From assembly GCF_009914755.1 (NCBI RefSeq), contig NC_060928.1: 64,000 nucleotides of DNA. One strand, written 5' to 3'. Positions 38,475 to 49,589 of the stretch are shown here, piece after piece (position 1 is the stretch's first letter; every line of letters starts with the position of its first letter). The translations under genes and the position numbers were made by a program. This DNA is from the human T2T-CHM13v2.0 reference genome, Homo sapiens. Under the pieces are notes generated by a model that did no database searches, was not told where the DNA came from, and was given only the letters and a program-made list of their open reading frames with translations.

Positions 38475-38925
38475 ATCAACACAGACCTTAAGTATGATAA
38501 AGAAACATTTACAATCTATTTTTCTCTAAAGCCTGCTATCTGGAGGCTTCATCTGCACTATAAAACTTTGGTCTCTATATACCCTTATCATAAGCCAGAC
38601 ATTCCTTTCTATTGCTTCCAGGTCTTTATATAATAACTTGACTCTTTCAACCAATTGCCAATCAGAAAATCTTTAAATCTACCTATGACCTGGAAGCTTC
38701 TGCTTCAAGTGGTTCTGCCTTTTCAGATCGAACCAATGTACATCTTACATGTATTGATTGATGTATTATCTCTCCCTAAAATGTATGAAAGTAAGCTCTA
38801 CCCAGACCACCCTGAATACATGTTGTCAGGACAACCTGAAGCTGTGTCACAGGTGTGTCTTTAACCTTGGAAAAATAAACTTTCTAAATTGATTGAGACC
38901 TGTCTCAGATACTTTGGGGTTCACA
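38472..38925 (+). mobile_element. MER4-group (MER4B-like) LTR, 5'-truncated
   Basis: aacatcaacacagaccttaag...ctacctatgacctggaagc...aaataaactttctaaattgattgagacctgtctcagatactttggggttcaca. Confidence 0.85.
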
Positions 38926-39139
38926 TTACATATTTGCTATTATATATATTTGCCATGTTACATATTGTGAAATGAAAATAGTAATTTCAGAAAAATACAC
39001 GTGTGGTTCTATTAAAGTAAAAATAAATAAAACTGAAATATACTTAGTAAGCAGAATAAGATTCACATAAATAATGACCAACTAATAATATTATTTGAAT
39101 AAAACAGTGAGATTTAGGGAGGGAAAAAAGAAATGTTCT

Positions 39140-39442
39140 GGCTGGGCGTGGTGGCTAATGCCACTAATCCCAGCACTTTGGGAGGCTAAGTCAGGTGGAT
39201 CACTTGAATTCAAGAGTTTGAACTCAACATGAGACAGGGTAGAGACAGGGCAACGTGGAGAGACCCTGTCTCTACTAAAAATACCAAAAAAACCTGGGTG
39301 TGGTGGTGTGCACCTGTGGCCCCAGCTACTTGGGAGGATCATTAGAGCCTGGGACCGAGGTTGCAGTGAGCCAAGATCACACCACTGCACCCCAGCCTGG
39401 GTGACAGTAAAAGACCCCTGTCAAAAAAAAAAAAAAAAAAAA
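39140..39442 (+). mobile_element. Alu (old, J/S-like) with an internal insertion and a deletion; purine-rich tail to ~39502
   Basis: Alu left and right arms. Atypical 39221-39247 segment; right arm lacks ctgaggtgggagg. Confidence 0.9.
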
Positions 39443-39574
39443 AAGAGAAGAAAGAAAGAGAGAGGGAAAGGGAGAGGGAGAAAGAGAAGAAAAGAAAAAA
39501 AAGTTCTACTGTTACTTTCTATCTTTGAAATTTTAAGTTCTTAGGTAATTATAAATGCACACATGCATCCATGT

Positions 39575-40068
39575 ATATAGTGAAATAAAAACGGCCACAA
39601 ATTTTTTGACAGCCCTCCCTTTGACAGATGGCATTTGTATACCTTCCCATTGAAACAGGGTGGGCTTTGTCTGTTGGGCTGCACTGACCAATAGAACATG
39701 TGGCTCTGATTGTGAAACATTTTCCAGGCTCAGGTTTTAATAGACTGTCCTTTTCCACTTCTGCTGACTTGAACACTCTCGTGATGTTGCCTCTAGGAAC
39801 CCAGCCAGCATGCTTGTGAGAAGCATGCCTGAGTCCTAGAGAGTCAATAGTCTCTGATGAATGCCACCCAACAGTCAATATCAACTGAAAGCCATCTGCG
39901 TGAGCCATCTCAGTCCAGTCAAGCTATCAACATGACTGCAGCAGCACTGGAGACTGCAAGAAAGAATTGCCCAGCTTAGGCCAGTCAACACACAGGATTA
40001 CAAAAGGTAATTATAAATTATTGTTTCAAGTCACTGAGTTTTTGGATAACAACAAATAAAATGAGCAA
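39575..40068 (+). mobile_element. MLT1G/H-like MaLR LTR
   Basis: ggccacaaattttttgaca, tgaccaatagaa, ggaacccagccagcatgc, attgtttcaagtcactgagtttt. Confidence 0.65.
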
Positions 40069-40071
40069 TGT

Positions 40072-40413
40072 AAGTTGGATAACCTTTATCCAAAACACTT
40101 GGGACCAGAATTGTTTCAGATTTCGGATTTGTTTTTTTGGATTTTAGAATATTTGCACAGACATAATAAGATATCTTGGGGATGAAACCAAAGTCTAAAA
40201 ACAAAATTTGCTTATGTTTCATATATACTTTACACACATAAGCTGAGATAATTTTATACAATACTTTGAATAATTTTGTACATGAAGCAAAGTTTGTACT
40301 AAGTACTTATGTATGGAATTTTCTACTTTTAACTTCATGTTGGTACTCAAAAAGTTTCAGATTTTGGAGCATTTCGGATTTCAGATTATTGTATTATGCA
40401 TGCTCAATATGTA
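40072..40413. mobile_element. MER46C-like Tigger MITE
   Basis: ttatccaaaacacttgggaccagaattgtttcagatttcggattt...aaaaagtttcagattttggagcatttcggatttcagatt...atgctcaa. Confidence 0.75.
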
Positions 40414-43400
40414 CATGCAATATGCCTTAAAACACGCAGAAGTATACCTACAACTTAAAATAATAAGGAATTCAAAATGTCAAATCTGTACATCTGGAGA
40501 CATTTAATAAACATATGTCAACATTTTAAAATAGTAATTAATCTTCATTTATTAACACAATCCTTGACATGTAGAAGGTGTTTTGTAAATATGTTAAAAC
40601 ATAGACACAGGCAAGCTGTAGGGTCAAGGAAAGCTTAAAAGAGGGAAGAATATTGAATCTAGGTGAAAATGATAGATATATTTTCTCCAGAGCTCTTCAG
40701 GATCCCTTCAACAACTCAGAATTTGCACATTTTATTACTTTTATTTCACAGGAGTTTTGTTGCAAATGCCCATTTCTTATGGTTAATATTTTACTTAACC
40801 AAAGAAAGGGAGACAGAAACAAACATGTTATGCTCCTTTACCTTCAATAGGCCCAGAAACTACACATGAGTAGATGTACATAAGCATAAAAATGTTTTGT
40901 ATAAAATTATGAAAATGTTTTTAAGACAAAACCTGGAGACACAAATGGAAAATGTGAAATAAAGGTAGAATTCTTCTTTGTTAAAGGCCATATAATAGCC
41001 TTGATATTGTGAGACTGAATAATAGTATAAATTTTAGTCAAATGGCAGAAGGTTACCTCCCATAGAGTCAAGAGGCTCATCTAAAATAGGAGTTTTGAGT
41101 ATCAGAATCTTTTCTTAGCTGCCTAAGTAATTGCAAATATATAATTGTATTTCCAGATTGTTATGATTCAAAATGACCTATTTTTTAAATATTGAAATTG
41201 AGAGAATTCTATATGAGAAATATTGGGGAAGATGAAGAGAGGTACAGAGTACAGAAGAGGAGCATGACCCTGAGGTCCCTGGAATGGCTTTCTGTTTAGG
41301 GCATGCAATCTAATGGCCATCAATGAAACAGTAAATAAGGGCAATCCATAATATCAGTACTGAGGTAAATTACTGTCAGTCTACAAAGAGAGGGCCACAC
41401 ATATGTGAAAGAAAACCCAAACACTTCTGCACCTAGATATACAAAGCAGCTTGTCTCAGTCCAACACTTCTATCAAAAACAACCATAATCATTGAGTAAA
41501 ATAGAAATAAAACAAAGTAGAAAACAACGAAAAACACAGATTTTAGATGACATTACAAAGCAATCAAGGTAGCAGAATTTGAGGATCAAAATCTCGTAGA
41601 AAAGATAAATTTACTGAAGTGAACCTTCCATTTTCCTTTCCATGCATCAACAGAAGAAGAATCTAAAAAGAAAGTGGCATCTAAGAAACAAAAAGTTAGG
41701 CAGAACTTTCAGCAGTCTCACAGTACTGGGAAAGAATTATGCCAATTTGGGCTACAGAGCAGCCAGGATTTGTGGGTTATGACCCTAGGCAAAAGGGGCA
41801 AGAACAGAGAAGGGAGAGAAGACAATATTCTGAGCTTTATTTCCCCTTGAGATTTGCTTATTCTAAAGTTTCATGGGATGAGAAGCTGAGAAGATAGGAA
41901 GAGTGGAAGCTGAGAAATGTAAAACCTAGGCAAAACTTCTAGTGATCTCACACTGCTAGGAAGAAAAAGATCGAAGTCGGGTTTTTAGACAGAAAGTTGG
42001 GATTATGATGGCATGCTTTCAGTTGAGACTCAAGAGGGAAAATTCACATGCATTACTAGTGGGGGTGTCAATTTTTTTCAATGACCTTGCAAACATTTTT
42101 GTGTTGCTTCGGAGAGATTTTGCTCTAAAATTGCATTCAGGGACCCAGGTTGTTACTGGCCCCGTCATCTTCAAAATGTGGCTTTCAAGTGTAATACATC
42201 ACTTATTCCATTGCACATGGAGTAAAACAGATTGCAAAGAGAAAATAAAAGTTTTATGGCCCAGGTCTCAGAAGTGGTCGTCACTTGCAACTACATTCCG
42301 TTGTCCAGAAATTAGTCATATGACCACATTTTACTACAAGGGGAATTTACTCTAGCTCTGAACCTGGGAGACAGGTACATAATTCGATAACCTAGAACGT
42401 CTCTTTCAAACCCCATTTCTCATCATTTACACACATATAAAATAGCATACCTTGAATACCTTGAACAACGCAGACATAGAAATTGCTTAATAGATACTTT
42501 GCATTTTAATTTTATTTGACTTTGTACAAGTAAAATTACTCTATGAACACCAATCTCTTAGAGCAGGCAGTTGCAATATACTAAAATAACAACTTTCTAG
42601 GCTTAAAATATTTTCCTCAGTTTTTTGCTGATTTATCAAGAAAATTTAATAGGAACTCCTTTGGTTCTCACATTACGTACACCAGTGATAAATTTGTTAC
42701 CAAAGAAAGGAAACTCTACAAGTTGAGAAACTAATGATATAAGAAGCTATTAAAGATTGTAAACTGCTGTGTACGATAGATATTCACAGCTGGTAATGGA
42801 AGTTTTAAAATAGAAGTCCTCATGTCATTCTGGATGGTAACCCTCTGCAAAGCCTCAACAAATTGCTTTGTGATTTATATCTAATTTGAATATGCCATAA
42901 ACTCCCCAAGCAGTTACTTTTGAGAGAAATTTCCATTTTCCTTGAATTTTTCTTTCTATGCTTTTGAAATTTACTCACTAGCGTTTAAGAATAAACTTAA
43001 ACCTGAGGATGCACTTCTAATCACAGTGTCTTCTAATACGATTTTCCAGGAAGATTAGAATGTGCTCTCTGCACAGGCATTAACTTATCAAGGTTTATTT
43101 TGGCAATCAGGGAACTGCTAATAAGCTCAAGAAGAGGTCATGATTAAGCAAGAAATTTATTGATTCCTGGTGTCCTCCATTTATCATGAAATTTACATTA
43201 TAAATTTCATGATTGTACATAGAAACATGTTTTGCAATATTTACCTTGCCTTTGGCAGAGTTTAAACAAGATTTGAGAATTGCTCATTTATTTTATCAGC
43301 CCTTGACTCAATTCTTAACTCTCTAACTTACGTTGTTTGTTCAATTAACGTTGAGAGGTCAGCAAAATAAGGAAATAAAACACTCAGCTAACATTTGGTA

Positions 43401-46029
43401 ACTTAGCCAATATGTGTTAGGCACTCTTTTCTTTACATATATTGTCTTATTTAATTTTAATTCTTACATTCATCTCACCTCACATGTAAAGCAGATGTTA
43501 CATGGACTGATATTCAGGTGCTTTGCCCAATGTGATTGACAGATTTTCTTATGACTGGTTCGTGTCTTCATAGCCATTAAATGTTTAAAGTATTATCTCT
43601 GAAGATTACTATTTCATCTTACAGAAAAGAATACTAGATTTTAGGTGTCACCACTGATAAATGAACATCTGGTAAAAGATAAAGTAGAGATACAAAATCC
43701 AAGGAGCTTAATCTTTATCACATGGTATATTGAATATTATTTTAAAATTAAATCATAATCTGTATTTATTCAAAGACTTACTTTTCCATGACCCTTAAGT
43801 TTTATCAGAAAATTTGAATAACATATAACAGAAACATTCCTGTGCAATGAAACATGTATGTAATCATCCAAATGCAAAACCACAAATTATCAGACACAGG
43901 AAGTGCAGTATTTCTGTTGTTATAACTGTATATGCCTTCACTCTTTCTCACCTGTCAGCAGACTATCACAACATAAATCCAAACTGAATAATAGTCTTGG
44001 AAATATCAAGGTAATCATTTCAACTTTGCTGTGTGTGTGTGGGGGGTGTGTGTGTGTGTGTATACGCATGTACGTAAGGATACAAAAATGTATCAAACCA
44101 TTAATATACCAACTGGGAGTTCTTTTATTTACTTATTTTCTGTCATTTTACTAATACACATACCCACAGAAATATTTTTAACATAAAAGAATATCTTTTG
44201 GCCACCACACAATTATGAGATACTTTTAAATAAAGCAATCATATTTTATTTTGTTTTGTTTTCCTTGGACTAATAAAGCAAGAAAATTTGAATATTTCCT
44301 TATTATTATGTATAATAAAATATTTGAAAATCAATACAAGTTATTCATTTTTACAAAAACATATGGCGTCTGTCTCTATCTGGAGAAAATCTATACCCTA
44401 GTTCAATCTCTATTCCCTACGACACATCCGTAAGTCCCCACACAGCTAATCATGAAAATACTAATGAAACAAACACATGCTTTATTCATAAGCCTTGGCT
44501 TACTAGGCTCTTCTTATATTGCCAGAGAAAAGAAATATTAAAATAAATGATATCTGTGTTCAGTACTGAAAATAAATCAAAACAGCCACAATGCCAGTTA
44601 TAATAGATTCCAGTCAAATGTCATTTTATCACATTAAACTGAATTGGCATTTTCAACAATTCTAGAATAATTTTAGTTAGATATAATTGGTTGAGTGGAA
44701 TAATTAAAAATCCTAAATATATAAGGTGTTTCAAGGCAGTATATAATGTATGTCATATAATGCAAAGCAATATCCTTATTATGTTTTAGAGTTCCAGAAT
44801 TATATATTAGGTATTTATGCACTGAACCATAAATTTCCAATTCACTAAACTGCATTCAATATTTATGAAATTAATCAGTATAATTTATGGTATTGCTTTA
44901 TGTGAACAAAATTTATGTTTTTGTATCTTATTTGTTGAGGTAAAATGTTTGGCCAAAGAAAAAAATAATTGTTTGCTGGCAGCAGAATTATTCACAAAAT
45001 CAAAAAGGAATAGGCAACTATTCATTGCACACTTCCAGGGGGCACCATTCACAATGAATACTTCTGCAGTTAACAGCCTACAGAACTAAATGTGGTGTGT
45101 TGGGTAGAATCATTTCAAGAAACTGTATTATCTCTAATTTCTAGCCTATTATGCTTTCTTACCCTTTGCAAAAATCATTTAGGACATTTTAAATAGTTTT
45201 GGCCTCTCTTTTATCAGCTGAGTCGTGGATCTTTTTTGAAACTTCTTTTTCCTCTATTAATTTTGCATTGGCTGCTATGCAGGAACCCCTTAGAGACATC
45301 TTTTCATTAGAGACATTTTAAACCACCATCTCTCCAGAAACTTGTGCCTTTGAACAGATTTAATGCATCAAATCCGTACATTCATCCAGCTGCTTAGACT
45401 TTGCTAATTCGTACATATGGCAGCAGTCAAAATTCAACAGAAAGTGCATTTAGAATTTTATTCAAAGGATGGCCTGAAACAGGAATGTCAAGTTAAATCT
45501 GCCATGCATTTACTGTTTGTCACAAATGACCCACAACAGAGTTACACTCTCATCAAGAATGACCAGTTAATTAACCTTCGTATAATTCAAAGTCATTCAC
45601 TCATTACTGCAAGCAAGCAAAGTCATCACAAGGATAGCATACTCATTCTTTCACTGTAAGGAAATTGTTGCCTTTATTTTTCAGAATTTCCGTCTTTGTA
45701 TTTCAAAACTAAAACTTGTCTTTTCTGGGAGGGATGCAATAGATGTTTTAATAATGAATTTGGATCTCCATCTTTATAAAAATAATTTATAAAAAGGCTA
45801 TTGCAACATTTATAATTTTGTAAATATACTCTGTATTTTAGCCAATTATAATAATTGGCTAAAATTCTATATGTTTTTGGACCCTTTAAAAGTTAACATT
45901 TTGTAGCTCTCCCTAAAAAAAGGCGGGGGAGGTAACTTCTCTTAAAGTTCTCCCTACTAATACCTAGTATAAACTTATGACTCCAAAATGTCCATTCCCA
46001 GCTTAAACTTTTGTCTTGTAACCTGTATT

Positions 46030-46925
46030 ACGTATTGACATGTCCATTTAGTTTTCCTTTAAGCACTTCAAACTCAATACTCCAAAAATGACCTTGTCGT
46101 CCTCTTGCTCTACTGTGATGTTCTTTGAATTAGTAAGTAGCACCACCATTATCCCAGTCACTGAGTCTAGAAATCTAAGAGTTAACCTGAACTACTACTT
46201 CTCTGTCATCTTTTACATGTACTTGGCCACAAATAGGAGAGTTCACCTTCTAAATATTTCCATCACCTGTCTCCTTCTCTCCTCAGCCACTGAAAGCTTC
46301 CTGGTCTAGGTCACCAGCATCTGTTGCCTGGGCATTTGGAATAGACTTATAACTTTATCTATCTGCCTCCAGTCTTGCTCCATTACAATCCATCCTCTGT
46401 TCTTCAAGCCAAACAATCTTACTAAAACACAAATCTGACACTTTACCATTTTATTTAAAATGTCTTGATGATATCCCATTTCCATTAGAATAATTAATTG
46501 CCCACCCTTATCACAGCCCCACATGAATTTTTCCCATACAGTTTTCCATCCTCGAATAATAGTATGCTCACCATCACTTCTCAGGCTCTGAGAATCTATT
46601 TTCAGTTTCTCCATTAGATTATTGTCTCTTACCATCATACCTGCAGACTTTCTACATTGTCACACTGAAATTCATCCCCATGAGTTCCTAGATAGCACCT
46701 AACATTCACTTATCAGTTTAAGCATTATATAATCAAAGGGACCTAATCTGGCTTATTGAATTAACTCATGTCATCTGATTGGAATCCCATAAATCTTGTA
46801 TGTTCCCTATATTAACACGCACTCCTGTATTCTCTCATCCCTCCTAAGCTTTTAAGTTAGTGTGGGTGTGGATCTATCCACCTTGTTCACTAGTGTAAGA
46901 CCAGTCCCTATCATGTCTGTCATTT
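46030..46925 (+). mobile_element. LINE-2 3' fragment
   Basis: cttcaaactcaa...gcaccaccattatcccagt...agaaatctaagagt...aaacacaaatctga...cttgttcact. Confidence 0.7.
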
Positions 46926-47049
46926 AAAAGCAGAAACTTCAAAAAAGTACCTTCTAGCTTGACATTCAGCCTTTACATATAATGTATCAGGATATAAAAT
47001 ATTTTAAAATAAAGCAGACATAGATTTAGGGGAGGGGATTATTTAGCAG

Positions 47050-47300
47050 CCTGAGCTTTGAGCCAGACTCCCAGTTTCAAAATTTAGGTCTGTCCCTCAC
47101 TAGCTGTGTGAAGCTGTGTGACCTTGGACAGATTATGTGTCTCTGTGTGTTGATTTTCTCCTCTGTAATATGAAGATAATATTTATTCCTACCTTATAGT
47201 ACTGATGTGAAGGTTAAAGGACAAAATATTTATACAGTGTGTACAATAGTGCCTTGCACATAGAAAAACTTGCTGTGTCCCTGTTAACTATTATTACTAC
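47050..47300 (+). mobile_element. MIR
   Basis: gagccagact...cactagctgtgtg...accttggaca...ctgtaatatgaagataat...tagtgccttgcacatag. Confidence 0.75.
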
Positions 47301-49119
47301 TAGTGTTTTAGGCAGTAAGGTTTGGGGTCAGATTGTGTTCAAAGTCTTGCTTTAATACCCTCCAACCTTGTCATCTTGGTCAACTGATTCAAGTTTTAAA
47401 GCCTCAGATTTTTCTTCTCCTAAAATAAGGGGGACAGGAAGTGTTTAGTAAAAGTGTACCAACTAGTGTTAATGTTAAGCTATAACAGACAATTGAATTG
47501 GAATAACGTCTTGCTTAAGTTGAAATCTTGTTCACTTAAAGTTATTGTATTAGTAAATTTGACATTTAAACCTTAGTTCCTTTGACGTCAGTTGAAAATC
47601 TTTTTCATTTACTCTAATTAAAAATAGATTAACCTGCAATTCACATTAGGTATAAATGCTCAAGTTAAACAAATTAAAATAAATAGTAACTTAAATGTAA
47701 AGGATCTTCCTGTGAACTAGTTCAATCCAGAAAAAAAAATGCTATTTCTCTTTTCCTGTGAAATAAAGGTAAAAAATTTACTCTTGCTATTTTTAGCTTG
47801 CTTCTCAGGACTTTTGAAAACTATGGCTCTGTACATAATGTTATAGATTCTTTCCTTGTGTATATTCTTTTAAATGTAAATTATGTTAACTAATAACAGA
47901 AGGATTGAATTTTTAGCCATTTCAATTATTTTCCCCTTTGCTCTTTATTTTAATATCACATTTCTCTGGCATCCTCATTGCAACTCGTAGCATTTACCAT
48001 GATAGGACATGTCATCTGGCACTTATTTCTCCCACGCTTCATAATGCTGACTCAAACAAAGGTTTTAAACAAAGCCAACTCATTATTACTAGTAATCTTA
48101 TCATGCCATTATGTTTAAGCCATTTTCCTTTACTCCATACTGAATGAAATCAATATTCTAGTGTGAAATACTAATATATATATATTAGCCAAAGTTATCA
48201 CAGCATGTTCAAAAGTGTAGTTTAGAAGCTAACAATATCAGCTATGCTGTTGCCTGTGCATAAGGTTTCAGTGTTTTACTGGTTGATGCAAAGGAAGTGT
48301 ATTCTAATACACTGTGAGTCAAGTAGTCAAAACATTTGGATCTGGATCAGAGACAAACCACCATAAATCAAGCAGACTCTTCACTTATGAACAAGGCACA
48401 CTAACATGACTGTTTCTTTAACAGCGGTTGCTCAAAGCAGAAAAAAATTTCCTCCTGCACTGATTTACAATGGACAATTTTCTGTTCCTCCAACTTTTGA
48501 ACATCCTTATTTTGGAGAATTTCCACCTTTATGATTTGAGCTTCTCCAAGATAGAATCCACAAGACTTAATTTCTTCATCTTTGGTGCTCAGGCTCAATG
48601 AATGAGATCACTAACACAAGACCTCAATTCAAAATTGAGCAACAGGAAGGAGAATCTATCTGCACAGAACCCATTTTGCTTGAGGGCAGTGGCAGAAGCA
48701 GCTGGATTTCTGAATGGCAGAGGTTGCAAAATTACATTTCTGGGTCTGAAATGATTCCAGTAGGGGTGATAGTAAATTGGAGTTCCTGGCAGGAGGGTGT
48801 GGAGGGTGGGAGTAGTGCCAGTTTAGTCAGCAAGCCAGCTCTTGGCATAGTGCTGGGCAGTGTTCCTGGAAGCTGAATCTTGAGCCTGGTTCTTTAGCAC
48901 CCTAGCATTCCATGAGTTACCCATTTTTGTTATTGTTAATAAACACCTTTTCTGCTTCATTAGTCAGAGTCAGTTTCTGCTACCTGCAACAAGAATCTCT
49001 ATAAATATCATAACACAGCAGTCTGTGTACAGCTCCAAATGTTATCAAGCCTAGTTGGAATTGTATCCAGAGTGGAAGAAAAAGAATACAGAAATTAAAT
49101 TATAAAACTATTATTTTCA

Positions 49120-49310
49120 AGTACAAATGATTACCAGGAGTGGTCTTAAGTGCTTACCATACATTATCTCATTTAATTTTCACAAGTGCTTGATGAGGAA
49201 TATAGTATCCCCATGAAGCCAGTGCGTAAACTGAGGCAGAGATTAACTAACTTGCCAAAGATCTTAGTGCTATTGATCACCAGAGCCCTGTGATAGAAGT
49301 AGATCTAGTT
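49120..49310 (-). mobile_element. MIR fragment
   Basis: acattatctcatttaattttcacaa...aaactgaggcagagattaactaacttgcc. Confidence 0.65.
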
Positions 49311-49491
49311 TACCAGTATTCTTGCTTAAGGGTCACTGAAATTATTTCATATTTCTGGTAAGTTTCAAGTAATAAAGTAATGGAATTATCTTGCCATTGT
49401 TATCCATATGACTCTATTTCCAGGTGGCTGGAATAAAAATAAGAGCACTGGCAAGCGCTTTGCCCTTTTCTGGCACTTTATCCCATGCTTA

Positions 49492-49589
49492 TCTAGGGAT
49501 TCTCTCCAGTGTAAACCCTATATCTGTACTAGATTCTAGTACAGATATAGGTCTAGGGTTCTCTCCAGTGTAAAACCTATATCTGTACT
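49492..49589. repeat. Direct duplication (39/38 bp) flanking an inverted copy; 17-bp perfect hairpin
   Basis: CCTATATCTGTACTAGA-T-TCTAGTACAGATATAGG at 49517-49551. Confidence 0.97.

Noticed and set aside
48401-48876. Divergent short ORFs (65 and 92 aa)
   Set aside because: No recognisable homology. The region partly resembles an old LTR.
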